From contig JAWQFM010000005.1 in assembly GCA_033442325.1 (NCBI GenBank), forward strand, positions 890,107 through 954,106: a stretch of 64,000 bases of DNA. Reading direction: 5' to 3'. The notes beneath the pieces were generated by a model. The model saw nothing but the letters and a program-made list of their open reading frames with translations, searched no databases and was not told the origin of the DNA. Numbering within the stretch: position 1 is the stretch's first letter; each line of letters opens with the position of its first letter. This document shows, one piece after another, positions 21,071 to 63,972 of this stretch. Origin of the DNA: Salpingoeca rosetta (taxonomy: Eukaryota; Protista; Choanoflagellata). The position numbers and the translations under genes were made by a program.

Positions 21071-22929
21071 TTCTTCATGGCGCTTTGCATCCTGTAGGTC
21101 CAGCACACGAGCGCAAGAGGAACCAAGCGCGCGAGGGATGGAATGAGCTGACGCAAATGCGCAAGCACAGAGCAAGCTACCAATACAGTCAACACAGACA
21201 GACACAGACACAGACACAGACGCACCGATCTGCTGACGGTGCGGACGCGGTCGAGCTCTGTGTCGGCGACAGCGCTCTGCTGTGTGCACCAGCGAGCGAG
21301 CGAGGGAGAGAGAGACAGAAGTATGAGGAACAGTCAAGGAGAAGTGAGGTGTGAGGTGGTGTGACAGCAAGGCGGTGATCGTGCTCATACAACGATGAGG
21401 GTGTGCATGCAGAAGCAGCTGCAGTTCAACTGTATGGTGTTGCACTCAGCTCAGCGTGTGTTCGGGGGTGTGGTGTGCGGTGTTTGTGGGTTGCAAACCT
21501 TGTGTTTCGCGCGTTTCACGTAGAGAACAACAAAGGCGATGAGTATGAGGCCGGCGAGGGTGCCGAAGATGGCGCCAAGAATCACGGGCACGTTGTCTGG
21601 CGTGGGACCACGGCAGCCATCACATCAGTCAGTGTGCGAGTGAGTGAGTGTGACGAGTGGTAGTGGCACGGGGAGGTGTGAGGTGGTGGTATGGCAGAAT
21701 TGGCATTTGAGCAACGGACGGTTCAACCAAACGGGCACTGGTGTTGCTCACCATCGTTGTTTGTCGTGCGAGGTGCAATCTGAATTGGCGTATCTGTGTT
21801 TGTGTTGTTTGTGTTGTTTGTGGAGTTGTTGCCGTTGTTGATCATGAACGTGACTTCCTCATCCTGGAACATGACTACCAATGGGACACGCGCATGGCAC
21901 ACGATGAGCACACGGTGAGCACACGGTGAGTTGAAGGGCAAGTCATGGGCCAAAAGCTGGTGTGGCAGTGCACAGGTATCAGACACAGACGCAGACGCGA
22001 ACAGAAACACACATAGACAAACATACACACACACACAGACACAAATGCGCACACACACACACACAGAAGTGCACGCACACGCATACGCAGGCACACAGAC
22101 ACAGACACACAAACACACAGACGCGGTGCTTACTCGTGATGTTTTGGAGTTGTTGGAAGAGGGACGTCGGGTCTGTGCCGTTGTTGGTGAGATCAAGCTG
22201 CAGCACAAAGTCATCGGAGCCATCCTCTTGTTCAAACTACCGCGACATGTGCAATGCACCGGGAGCAACCAGGTGACATTGAGATTGTGAGGGTGGTAGG
22301 GCAGAGAAGCAGTGTTGAGCAGGAGAGTCCGTGCTTGTGCGCGCAAGTGCGTGACATGTGAATGCATGCTCACCTGCACAAACTGCGTTTGAGTTTGTCC
22401 ATCAGGATCCAGGGTATTGAATTGGTTCTCCAAGCTTGTCTCTGATGGGTGGAACATGCAGGCCAACAGTTCGGAGGGGATATGAACGCGGTGATGGGTA
22501 GAAGAAGCATGATGAGAGCAGTGCAACGACAGCATATGATTGCCAAGGCGTGAAGCGAGCCAAGACGAACGCCATCCACACACATTCACACACACACACA
22601 CACAAGTTCACACACGTTCACACACACACAAGTTCACACACGTTCACACACACACACACCCACACACACACACCCAACCCCCCCACACACACACACGTTC
22701 ACACAGACGTACAATCCAACGTACGTGAGTCCGATGTGAGCTGGTTGCTGCCAGAGTCGGAGACAAAGAAGACGCTGCCCTGACGCTGTTGCTCGCTCAC
22801 AAACTGGAAACTGGATGGCAGCTGATTCACGGAACCGAGAACGATGCGCACGGTCCAGCGCGTTGTCTGTGATGCAGCGACTGCGACTGCCAGCGCTCCC
22901 AGCACCGTCAGCACGGCTGTTCGAGACAT
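19177..22929 (-). CDS. Uncharacterised single-pass (type I) membrane protein with a tandemly repeated cytoplasmic motif (multi-exon)
   Basis: Signal-peptide-like start MSRTAVLTVLGALAVAVAA. Asn/Thr-rich extracellular exons with N-x-S/T sites. TM exon DNVPVILGAIFGTLAGLILIAFVVLYVKRAKHK (about 21498-21596). Poly-Q and acidic exons follow, then two copies of a roughly 45-aa motif. Frames of the last five exons join across GT-AG introns; joining of all upstream exons was not fully verified. Confidence 0.65.
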
Positions 22930-23294
22930 CATCATCGTGGTGGTTGTGTGTGCGTTGTGTGTGCGTTGTGTGTGCGTTGTGGTGGTTGTGGACGTGTCTT
23001 GGTTGACAAGAAGGGAATGCACCAACACCACGACGTTGTGGCTGTAGCAGTTGTGGGGTTAAGCGCACAGGAGCGTCTCCCCACGAAGGACTCAAGAAGG
23101 GACGTGAGGGGTGTGTGAGAGGGGTGTGTTGCGACCGCGCAACAAACGTCAGTGTGTGTGTATGCGGTTGTGTGTGGTGTTTGTGTTTTGGTGGGTGTGG
23201 CTAATTGGCCAGTGGTGGTGGATACAGTTTTCAAAGTGCGCACCAGACCATTCTCTTGTGCGAAACATACACTGCAACAACCTGGACTGTGTGC

Positions 23295-23382
<88 letters not shown>

Positions 23383-23792
23383 TGTGTGTGTCTGTCTGTG
23401 TGTGTGTGTGTGTGTGCACGTACAAGCACACGGTCTTCCTGCCTCCTCTTCTCTGCACCTCTGTTTCTCTCTGCACCTTTGTCCCTCTCTGCGCCCGTGT
23501 CTCAGTGTTTCTCCACAGCGCGCGCCATGTTCAAGTGTTCATTGAGGGAAGACGTCGCCGTCAGGCCACACCGCATCTGTCCACAAAGCGCCCGGAGGGA
23601 AAAAAGCAACGTGTGGGGCGTGGGTGAAGCACTTGAGATGGGGCAAGGGTGGCAGTCGAGGGTGAGAATGAAAAGCAGGCACGAGAGAGAGAGAGAGAGG
23701 GAGAGGGGGGAGGAAGAAGAGGGGAAGAGGGGTATGTTTGGTGTGCATGGATGGCATGCGGTGTCAAAGGGAAGGTACTTGTCCTGCGTGAA

Positions 23793-23824
<32 letters not shown>

Positions 23825-23828
23825 ATGC

Positions 23829-29222
<5,394 letters not shown>

Positions 29223-29598
29223 GTTTCGGATGGACGGAGCGACACCAACGAACGACGTCGTGAGAGGCAGGCAAGCACGGAGGACGGGTGGTGCTGGTGC
29301 TGCTGGGCGCGAGTTGTGGTCGCAATAAGTGTGCTGTGAGATTGTAGTGGCTTTGGAGCAGCGGCCAGAAGACGAAGCGTGGAAAAAAAAAAGCAGCGGC
29401 AGGGCAGTGGATTAAAACAGCATCACATCTAAAACAATGGCGGTGCAGCTTCGTCAGATTCCATGGGATGTTAGCGAACATGCTGCTGAGTCAGCATTTT
29501 TCTGAGCACCACCAACTGCCTTTTTTTTGGGAGTGCTTTGCTTTGTTGGGGACGGAGGCGGACGCTGCGAGGTGCAGGCAGAGAAGAAGGGTGTGTCG

Positions 29599-29646
<48 letters not shown>

Positions 29647-29862
29647 GGGAGTGTATGTGTGTTTGTATGTGTGTGTGTATGTGTGTGTGTATGTGTGTGT
29701 ATGTGTGCAAAGGGACACGGAGATGAGGACTGTTACGTACAATGGTGATGGGATGATGTGTGTGAAAACCCGTCCACCGACACTCTCATCACAGTCATGG
29801 ACACACACAAACCCACAAACAGTCTCCTTTGTTCATGGTGACTGATCCTTTGTGGGATCCAC

Positions 29863-29933
<71 letters not shown>

Positions 29934-30173
29934 TGCACATATCAGACTCACCCCAAACGTGCTCTCTCTCTCTCTCTCCCTCTCGCTCTGTGTGTCGCTG
30001 TGTTTTTCCTCGCTTTGCTTATCCTTAACTCGTGCCCCATCGGCCACCAGCACACACAGGCAACCACGAACAGTCATACGGACACACACACACGTCTCCA
30101 TCAGTAAGCGACCTGCACTGACAACAACAGCAGCGGCAGCTGCTGCCGGTGCAAGCCAGGAGACGAGGCAACG

Positions 30174-45765
<15,592 letters not shown>

Positions 45766-45774
45766 AACCATGTA

Positions 45775-45845
<71 letters not shown>

Positions 45846-46346
45846 TATGAATGAGCGCACAGGCGCTGTGATTGCCAAAGTTTTTTTGGTTGATTCGCTT
45901 CTGATTTTCATCTCGCTTCTGTCTTAACAGCTGCCAACTAATTACATGACCCATCATCCATTGCATCCAACGCACAAGCACACGCGCTTTGGTTTTGCTC
46001 TTGAACGAAGAATGCAAAGTGGAGTGTGAAGGGATTGCCATCAAAATCACACACACGGTCGAAGGTGGAAGGATAAGGGGGCTTTTATTTTGTTGTTGCC
46101 TAGATCAGGCTAACCTTGCGAGCTCTCATGTCAAAGAAGGATGGAAGATGGAGGAAGACAAAACACGACGATGACAGGACAAACCGCAGACGATGTGGTG
46201 CGCGGACAGTGCACACAGGAATGGGGAACTTCACGTGTCACATCAATCTAGGCAAACCGCCCAACACCTAGTTTCAACCAACCACACGCACCAGCAGTAA
46301 TGACAACGTGGAAAACACAGGATACTTTATAAAGAACAAAATTGGT

Positions 46347-46416
<70 letters not shown>

Positions 46417-46558
46417 AACGACGCCAACAGGAAACAGTCACAAACAAAGGCAAAGTGATGATGACGAGAATGTACGGGGTGGTGGCCACAAAACCACGCT
46501 CCCTCCGCACATGTCGCCATTGCGGATCTCACCGCAATATCCATCCCACAATCCACAA

Positions 46559-54008
<7,450 letters not shown>

Positions 54009-54165
54009 ATGGGCGGGCGCCAGTTTGGGATGTGCGTGTGCGTGTGCTTCTGGATTACTGATTTGTGGATGTGGGTGACAGCGGTGGCGTTGGGGTGGGT
54101 GGGTGTGAATGTGCGTGTGTGCGTTGTGTGTGTGTGTGCGTTGTGTGTGTGTGTGTGTGTGTGCG

Positions 54166-54262
<97 letters not shown>

Positions 54263-55158
54263 GTGTGTGTGTGTGTGTATAAATGTGTTGCAGGATTGGT
54301 TGATTGCTTGGGTTGGAGGTTTGGAGCTGGCCAGCGTAGCTGTGGTTCTCCTCTGCTCGGGACAAATGGTTGCAATTGATCCAGCAAAGACGAGGAAAGG
54401 TTTGGGTGAGAAGGAGTGTTCAAAGTAGGTTTGGGTGAAACAGGGTGGAGGATGGGCGGACGGGGATCACAGCCAGCAAAGCTGGCGGCTGTTGGCGCAC
54501 AAGTGAAGCAAAGCGTCCTATCACGCAACTGAGCAAGCCGTCATCATCGTCAAGGTAACATTCGCATTCACATTTGTACAAACATTCAGGATAGGTACGA
54601 TGCTGCTGCTGGCACATGAACCTCATCATCATTCACGCGCGAAACGACCACGCAAGCATAGACGGCTGCTGTTGTCTTTTTGTGCGTTGCGTGTGTTGCG
54701 CAGCCAACCGGCTATGCGCACGCACACGCAAAAACACACACACACACACACACACACAACCACACACGTGCACACGAACCCCCCTCCCTCCCTCCCCGAC
54801 CGCATGCTGCTGTCTCGTCTTCTTGGAACCTGCCTTGTTGTTGTTCTTGGTTTGTCGAAGTCGCGCCACAAGAAGCAAGGCGAGGGCGAGCAGGAAGGGA
54901 AGCGGAGAAAAAGACAACCCTGCAAACACGCGCGAACACTCACACTCACACACAAAGCAGCCCAACGGCTGTGAAAATCATTAGAAGACTTGGTCTAATC
55001 ATCCGCAGCGCAACTGCGAAGAAGGAAAGGAAAGGCAGATCAGCAACGTCGTGGTGTGTGGGCTGCAGTTGCCAATCACTCAGAAGCCAGCACGTTGTCC
55101 ACGCACGCGGAACTAATAACTGCGACAGACCATTTGCTGCCCTTTTGCATGCACATTG

Positions 55159-55194
<36 letters not shown>

Positions 55195-55319
55195 CCAAAC
55201 CATACGAAGCCAGCCTGCACACTGCTGCCCAAATACCAAATACATCGTCCACCCAGACGACACCGCATCGCATCACATCGCATCACATCTCATCACATCA
55301 CGTCACAGCATTGATCAAG

Positions 55320-57561
55320 ATGGTGCTGGCGTGGCAGTGGGCTGTGGCGAGCATATGCGTGTTCCTGTGCGCCTCGCTTGCTGTTGGCGCCGGGATTGGA
55401 GGGGGCGCGCTGTTTGTTGGCATCTACATGATCATCCTGGGCATGGACGCGCATGCAGCGGTGCCGCTGTCCAAGGCCACCATCTTCGGGCTGGCCATCG
55501 CAGCGTACAGCGTGAACCTGTGGAAGCGGCATCCGCACTCGCAGCAGCGCCCGCTCATCGACTATGACACCGCCCTCATGCTGGAGCCGATGACGCTGCT
55601 TGGCGCCATCGTTGGCGTGCTGCTGAATGTGCTCTTCCCCAACTGGCTGGTGCTTCTGCCGCTGTGCCTCCTGCTCATGGTCGTCTCCTACCGCACCATC
55701 CGCAAGGGCCTCCGGCTGCGCGCAAAGGAGAAAGGCACACCGCACCAAGTGCTCACCAACCGTCGCGGCAGCGGCGACAGCTCTACCCATGATGATGACG
55801 ACGATGATGATGATGATGGTGATGATGATGGTGGTGATGATGATGGTGGTGATGATGATGATAACGACACTGACACGAGTCGGAACAACGATGGCAATGA
55901 CGATGCTGTTGACCAGCACACTGACAGCAACGGCGATGCCACCAGCATGAGTCGTAGCCGCAGCAGCAGCAGCAGCAGAAATCGTTCCCACGCTGCAGTG
56001 AAGGGTCCCATCGGCGATCATGACGGTGAGGACGACGATGATGACGAAGGCAGGACGAGCACGGCAAGCAGCAAGCTCATGAGTGGGGCAAGTCACGGTG
56101 ACGAGGCTGACGACGGCGTGAATGGGCGAGGCAGAACGAGCAAGAGCCCGTCGCGCATGGAGAGGTTTGAGATCAGCGATGCAACGTTGGAATTGGAGGC
56201 CATCCAGCGCAGAGAAGCGCGCACGGTGCCCTGGGAGAAGCTGGTGCTGCTGATTCTGGTGTGGCTGGGCTACACCACCATCACCATGCTGCTGTACGAG
56301 GCCAACGATGTCATCAAGCCGTGCTCTGCAGGCTGGATTGTGCTGCTGTTGTGTGCCATTCCATACGTGATTGCCATCACCTACTTTGCCGGGCGCATGC
56401 TCAAGCGACAGACCGTTCGCAAGCGCAAGTGCAACTACCCGTTTCTCCCCGGTGATGTCATGTGGGAGGGCGCCAACCTCAACAAGTTTCCTGCCCTCGC
56501 CTTTTTCGCTGGCGTCGCTGCAGCCATGATGGGCATTGTGCGTGTGTGCGTGCTTGTGTCTGTGTCTGTGTCTGTGTCTGTGCTTGTGTCTGTGTCTGTG
56601 TCTGTGTGTTTGTGTTGTTGTGTGCCTTGTGTCTACCTGCCTGTCTGCCTACCTGCCTGTCTCTTTCTGCCATGCCAGCTCCTTGCTGCTGCACCCTTGT
56701 TGTTTCGTTTGCACATGACACATCTCAACCTTTGCTTGCTTTTCGTTTGTGTGCAGGGCGGAGGCATGATCAAGAGTCCAATCATGCTGGCCATGGGTCT
56801 GCAGCCTCAGGTGCAGTGTGTTTCTGTTGGGGTGCGTTTGCCCACTGTGTGTGTGGTCATTACCGTGCTTGGTATCATCCCAACTCACGCCTGTGCGTGC
56901 TTTGGGTCTGTGCTCCAGGTTGTGACAACGACGAGCTCCTTCATGATCATCTTCACCTCAAGTGCGACCACGCTTCAGGTGTGTATTCGCACGTACCGAT
57001 CACGTTTGCAATCACGACACACAACACAACTCAACACAACAACACAACACAACAACACAACACAACTCAACTCAACTCAACACAACACAACTCAACTCAA
57101 CTCAACACAACACAACACAACACAAAACACGCGCGTGCACATTCATGCACATTCACGCCCTCCCCCCCCCCCCCGGACCCCTCATTCACTCGCTCGCCTG
57201 AATGTGCCGTTGGCAACTCCAATCTGTACAGTATTTGATTTTGGGCAAGTTGAAGCCGCAGCAGCTGGGCATTGTGATGAGCATGGGCTTTGCTGGTGCT
57301 GTTGTTGGGCAACGCGTTGTCAACTACATCATTGCCAAGTACAAGAAGCAAAGCTTCCTCATCTTCCTTCTTGGTACGTCCCAGTGCTTACCACGTTGCA
57401 TGCCACGGTGCATGCCACAGCACACGCGCGCGAGTCTTGCCCACGTTGCACTGTCTCGCTTCATGCCACCCGAACACGGTTGCTCCACTCACACTCGCGT
57501 GCATACCCACAACGCGCACATTGTCACATTTACACGTTCACACACACACACACACGCACAC

Positions 57562-57603
<42 letters not shown>

Positions 57604-57768
57604 CCCCTCACACGCACACACACACACACGCCCTCACACGCAGGTGGGCTGACGATTGTGTCTGGCATCATCATTGTGGCCACGTCACTGGCCACGGAAT
57701 CGTTCTCCAAGGTGTCCTTCAACACGGATGAAATCTGTGGGACAGGAAACTCAACAAGTTCGCCATAA
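55320..57768 (+). CDS. TauE/SafE (sulfite exporter, TSUP) family multipass membrane protein with an acidic central loop (multi-exon)
   Basis: [14 protein letters not shown]…[13 protein letters not shown]…KRHP…[31 protein letters not shown]. Second repeat [12 protein letters not shown]|[18 protein letters not shown]|[20 protein letters not shown]|YLILG. This is typical of eukaryotic TauE/SafE proteins. Confidence 0.9.
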
Positions 57769-58037
57769 ACTCCTGCTCCATCCATGCATGCATGTGACAA
57801 GGTTTGACGTTAAATGACAGCCTGTGTGCCAGCTACCTCGAGAATAAAACAAGGTTCGCTCCTTGAACACTCAAATAGTGACATCGAAAACGCTTGTCAC
57901 ATCACACACGTCACGTCGTTTCTCACATTGCCCTACACTTTCTGTTGTCACACATGACCTTGAAGCGCATAAAAACTTGCTTCAAACAGGTTTAATCTTC
58001 GTTCATATTAGTGTATAATAAATGGGCTGCAGTGCAA

Positions 58038-61000
58038 TTAGTCTGTTGGGTTCACGTCAAGCAGTGCATCCAACATGCCCTGAACAGCAATGAGCTGTCG
58101 CTGGAGGTTGAGCTCCTGCTTGAGTTTGTTCGACAGCTGGACAAACATTGAGTCGATCCGCGGCGCTCTTCCTTTGCCTGGCGAGTAAATGTCTGCAAAC
58201 AATGGACGAGTACAAAGCAACGGGCACCGCAAAGTAAGCGTCGTGATTGGTCGGAGCAAGCAGTGGGGTCAACCCACAACCAAAGAAAGCAACCGATGAA
58301 CGCAGACAACACGCACTGTGAAGGCAATCAACACACTGTGAAGGTAAACGTGCAGTGCACATGGCAGGCACAACGACTGCGACGAGAAGTAATGACAGAC
58401 AATACCAAGATGAACGACTGACGCACCGAGAATGAGATGGGCAACGTGCGTGAGGATGCGGGTGTAGCGAGGGTTGGTAATCTGGGCGACGACAAAACTG
58501 AGGATGGGCTCCAGGCCGGCCTCGTCGCGGTTGCTGAGGGCGGTGCGCAGCGCCTCTCGCTGCATGAGCTCGTGCATGAAGCTCACCTTAACCACTGAAG
58601 GGAACTTCTTGCGAAACACTTCGTCGAGGGCCTCGCTGAAGCGGAACTTGGCGAGCAGCCTGTTGTGTGGGTGGCTCTTGCGCTTGTGCTTGACTTGCAC
58701 CTGCATGTCGGAGCGGCTGGGCTTGGCGCTCTGCCCGCGCATGAAGTAGCGCCGGGTGCCCGGCCTGGGCTGTCTCCTCTTCTTCTTTGTACCATCGGCA
58801 GCAACAGCGCCCCCGACGCCTTTGGGACGGCGTACGCGCACACCGAGATAGCCGTTGGAGTGGCCCACAGCAAGCGCACTATCATCGGGAGCGATGCCCA
58901 TGGACAGCAACTGGCCGGTGAACTTCATCGAGTGAACCACGCTCCAGTTTGTGACGTCGTAAACCTTGACCATGCGATCCAGACCACACGAGAACAGGCG
59001 CTTCTCAGTGTGATCCAAGCACACGCCTGAAGAAACAAGCAATTATTTGAGAATGGGGTTGACGTGGTGAGACAGGGAAGTGAAGCTACTTGCTGTGGTG
59101 AAGTTAGAAGTCGTGGACGGAACGAATAAAGGAGAGTGGGGAACAAGGAACAAAACAGAAGGCGAAAGAAGAGAAATGAAGATGGACAAAGGTGTATCGC
59201 TGCCCATTGGGGAGAGGCACATGAGAGGGCACCGCTCCACACCCAAGCAGCGTTGCCTTGCCGTGTTTTTGAATTCAATGACAAGACATTGTTAATCTTC
59301 GTCACAGTCAACCCACTTCGCCCACGCGGTTGCGAACAACCAGAGCGACATGGTTCCTAAGTGACGGTTGTTGCAGCGAGGTAGATCACCGAAAGCAACA
59401 GAGTTGGGAAAACGACAGGGAGATGGAAGAGACAAAAGAAAGGAGAGGAGAAATGTGGGAGAGGAGGGAGGAAAGGAAGTAGAGAGACGAGAACGAGAGA
59501 GGCAAGCAAAAATACAGCAATAAGCGGAACACAGTAGACGGCTGAACATGAATAAATCTTGGCTGGTTGATGCTCACCTGTGATGGTTTGGCGATGGTTG
59601 GAGAGCTTGTCGACAAGCTTGCCGCCAGCGAGCACGTCCCAGATGGAAATGTGGTTCTGGCCTGCGGTGATGACCATGGTGCCGTTGTTAAAGGCCCAAA
59701 CGCACTCGATGCTGGCGCCGTGATCGACCTCCAATTGCGACTCCCCAGACCGAACGTCGACAAGGCGCGCCTTGTGATCATAGCCACCAAGAAATACTAG
59801 GGAAGGGTTCGCCTCAATTGTGTTTCCAGACGTTATGTAATCCTGCGGTGGGAAAAAGAATGCGCCAAGTGAGTGCGAGCATCGTGAGGGCGAAACAAGA
59901 GTGCGCACGAGACAGTTTGAGTGCGGGGGACGGGTGGTGGTAGATACACGTGGCTCCAACAGAGAACAAAAGGAAAGCAAAAAGGGAGGGGGAGAGGGTG
60001 CTGATGCGTTGCTCAGGTGAAGAAATTCAAACGTCACGGTTAAATCGGATATATGCTTGTCAAAATTTAGATTCATCATTGCAACGTGCGTCATCAGCGG
60101 ACACAGGAGGGAAAAGGGGAAAGGAAGGGCACAAGACAAACACGAAAGAAAAGATCATGGAAAGAAGGGGTGCTTGTGGTGGCTGTGGCAACATTGCCGC
60201 CTCTCGGCGACTCGTTGCCACAGAGCCATGGTATGGGTAAGACTTTGAACGTACGTTAGAGAGTTGAATGGAGAGGGCCTCCTGCTCTTGAGGAATATCC
60301 CATAGCTTGACCACGCCTTCTTCGCCGGCAGAAAACACCTGCGTATCGGCCAAGAAGTTGGTCACACGCACGTCCCTGCAAGTGATAGGTGTGGGTTGGG
60401 AGAATGACGATAAGAGGTGGGAAGGAAGGGGGGTATGAGGACAAATGGATGGGATGAGGACGGAATAACGAAAGCAAGGTGGGAATACAGGCAACAATAC
60501 ATGATCAAGATGCAATCTGCTGCACAGCACGGGAAACACAAGGTGTGACTCACTTGCGGTGGCCTTCAAAGATTCTCAAAGGGCTCTTTGTGTTAATGTT
60601 GAAGATCTTGACGGGGCCCGCCTTGTCACCAGCCACAAGCAGCTTGCCATCGCGGCGGAAGGCGCCAGCTAGACAACACAGAGAGCAAAACCGATCACGT
60701 GTGAGCGAGGGAGGCTGATATGTGGTGTGGATGATGATATGTGGTGTGGATGATGATGATATGTGGTGTGGATGATCTCGCACGGGTCAAGTGGTCCAAA
60801 AGGGGGCTATGAGTTGAGTGACGTGGTGGCACGTCCAGTGACAGCACGACCAGTGACGGCACGCGTGTGAAGGAAGACGAGACATGCACAGGAATGCAGA
60901 GTCTTGATTGAACTCACATCGAGCGGCGGTGAACTTGGAGAAGGTGATCTTGGAACGGTGGGTCTGGCCGCTGTACACGTGCACGTGGGAACCAGCGGTG

Positions 61001-61440
61001 ACGACGTAATCGTGTGGGGCTTGGGCGCAGAAGTTGATGGCCTGAACCGGTCCAACTTCCTTAACCATGCGTGGTTCCTATCAAAACAACCAAGCGAGAG
61101 AACCGGCGCAGTGCATGCGGGGTTTGCGATGTGAGGAGGGTGTGAGGGGGGATGTGGTGAGGGTGTGAGGAGGGTGTGAGGAGGATGGAGATAACAATCC
61201 AAAAAGAAGGAGAATACGATGGAGAGGGGGATGTTCGATTACACAAACAACAAGGGCAAAGCATCCACCCCACGCAGCAAGCAACAGAAACCACAGTGAC
61301 AGAAACCACAGTGACAGAAACCACAGTGACAGAATCACAGCACGGAGTGCACCACTCACGCCATATTTCTTCCAGTGCCGGTCTTCTGCGGTTGCGTGTT
61401 CTGCCAACCGCGGGAACTGCTGTATCGCAGTCGCGCTCAT
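58038..61440 (-). CDS. UTP15: U3 snoRNA-associated protein 15 (WD40 + UTP15_C) (multi-exon)
   Basis: TAEDRHWKKY, INFCAQAPHDYVVTAG, FSKF, AFRRDGKLLVAGD, LRIFEGH, VKLWDIP, DYI…GGYDHKARL…VDHGASIE, IWDVLAGGKL…NHRQTIT, LFSCGLDRMVKVYD, LRTALSNRDE…ITNPRY, LIAVQGMLDALL. Confidence 0.93.
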
Positions 61441-61776
61441 AGTGGCAGGCAGCACACGTGCCAGAGACGAGCAAGGTGTGCTGGAGTGTGTGTTTGAGTG
61501 GGGGGGGGGAAAGAGAAAATGAGCACACTGCTCGAGGAATGAGAGCAGAAGAGAAGAAAAACTCGCTGGCTCAGAACAGCCACGTGCACCATGCCACGTG
61601 GGGGAAGTGCGCAGTTCGACCACCAAGCGCTGTGGTGGATACCCGACCGAACGCTCGCCTGCACGTATTAAATAGGACAGTATGCATAAATAGGACAGAG
61701 TACATGTTGCCGGGAAATTTGAAATCATTTGACGACACAGCGACACACAAAAACAGTGGTGGTTGACAAGGACGAC
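61441..61776. promoter_or_regulatory. Candidate bidirectional promoter region between UTP15 and SLC35B3
   Basis: About 335 bp between divergent inferred start codons. Contains a direct repeat TAAATAGGACAG x2 (about 61669-61698). Confidence 0.4.
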
Positions 61777-61984
61777 ATGGGGCGATCTGGGAAGCTGATG
61801 GCCCTGGTGGCAGGGGTGTTTGGGATGTACCTGTGCTACAGCTTTGTTCAAGAGCTGTTGTTTCGACAGGGATTCAAGCCATTTGGCTTCTACATCACCC
61901 TCATCCAGGTGCTTATGTGTGCGCGTGCGTGTGTGTGCGCGCGTGTGTGTGTGTGTATGTGTTTGTGTGTGTGTGTGTGTGTTT

Positions 61985-62027
<43 letters not shown>

Positions 62028-63912
62028 GGTGGGTGGAAGATGGCTCAATTGTGTGTTTGTGTGTGTGTGTGTGAATTTGTGCGTGAGGCAGTGGCTGCTG
62101 CTGCCTTGGGTTGGCAAGTGCGCGATCGTGTGTGAGCCAGCCATTAACCCGCGTTCACCTGCATGTTGTTCCTTTCTTTGTGCACAGTTTGTGTATTACA
62201 TCCCGCTGTCAGCGATAGATCTCAAGCTGCGAAACATCAAGATTAGCAGGTCAGTATGCAGCATTCGTGAGTGAGGCGGGTGCGTAGGTGTGCGGGGGAG
62301 GGGCTATCGCACGTGTGCTGGTTCTGTGTGCTGCCGCTTGGAGCTTGCATTCACATCCTTACAACGTCCCATATCACACATCAACCTGTCAATCTGTCGC
62401 TCTGTTAACCTGTCAATCTGTCGCTCTTCCATCACCTCTGTGCCTTAGAACAAGCTGGTCCACGTACGCTGGGCTGGCGTTCTTAACCGTGGTCACCATG
62501 TCATGCAGCAATGCAGCTCTCTCCTACGTGTCCTTGCCAGTACAGGTTCACCCGTGTCTTGCGTGAGCGGTGCCCTTGTTTCAGCTGCAGACTGGCTGCT
62601 GATATAGAGCTGTGATTGCAACACCGCACGCGTTCTTGCTCACGCTACACTCCCCCCCCCCATCTACACGCACACACGTACACTCCACTTCTTTGTGTTT
62701 GCTGATCAGATTATATTTAAGAGCTGCAAGCTGATCCCTGTCATGGTCAGTGGGGCGGGTGTGCCACGCAGTAGTAGCAACCAACACCTGCAACCCTGAG
62801 CTGCTAGCCATTGCACGCCCCCATCATCGCCACCACTGGCATGTCTGACTCAACACAATCTTCCTTTCCTTCCTTCCTCTCCTTCTTGGCGATACTCGCA
62901 GGTGGGAGGCATTCTAATTCAACGGAAACGCTATGGGGTGATGGATTACTTTGCGTCGCTGCTGCTCTGCTGTGGCCTGGTTGTGTTTGCCACCGCAGAC
63001 ATGAGTCTTCAAGTCTCCTACCATTTCGCAGGTAAGTTTGTGCGTGTGTGTGTGTGTGTATGTGCGTGCGTGCGTGCGTGCGTGCGTGTGTGTGTGGGTG
63101 TGTGTGCGTGTGTGTGTGGGTGGGTGGGTGTGGGTGGGTGGGTATGTGTGTGCAAGTGTGGATGTGTGGGTGGGTGGGTGTGTTTGTGGGTGGGTGGATG
63201 TAGTATGTCTTTCCTGTGTCTGAGCATTGCATGTGTCTACGTTTGTGGTCGTGCTTACTGCTGTTGGCTACAGCTTGTGCTCGAACTGCGTTTTTTTGTT
63301 CTTTGACTAGACTGACTAAACGGTGCTCGCAGCTAACACATCCCGCCTTACCACACACCCGCTGCATGCAAACAGGGATTGTGCTGCTGTGTGTTGCGCT
63401 GTGTGCGGATGCCGTGATCGGCAATGTGCAGGAGAAGGTGATGAAAGCAAACAGCGTCACGCCAACGGAGATGGTGAGTGAGTGCAAGGTGGCGTTTTTC
63501 ATCAATGTCTTTGGTGTATCATGTGGAGCCCAATGATAGCACAAGCGCTTCATCACTTACACATCAGCTCATCCTTACGCACATGCATCTGCCTGCACTC
63601 TCGCGCACACGCACGTACACACTTGGCTTCTTACGCATTACGCCTTCTCACCCTTTCACGTGTGTGCCTGCATGTTGCGGTGGTGAAGGTGTTTTTCTCC
63701 TACTCCATCGGCACTGTCTACCTGCTCATCCTCACGCTCAGCACAGGGGAATTCGTCGCAGGGTTCAACGCCTTCCTGCACGTATGAGCACCCGAACTGT
63801 GTGTTTGCGCGTGGTGGGAGTGAGTGTCTGTTGTTCGCGTGTGTATATGAAAATGTGTGTGTGTGTGTGCTATTTGTGCATGTGCGTGTTCATGCGTGTG
63901 TGCCTGTGTGTG

Positions 63913-63972
<60 letters not shown>

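Noticed and set aside
60717-62426. Short intronic tandem duplications (GATATGTGGTGTGGATGAT x3; CAGTGACAGAAACCA x3; AACCTGTCAATCTGTCGCTCT x2)
   Set aside because: Ordinary slippage-type duplications with no sign of function.
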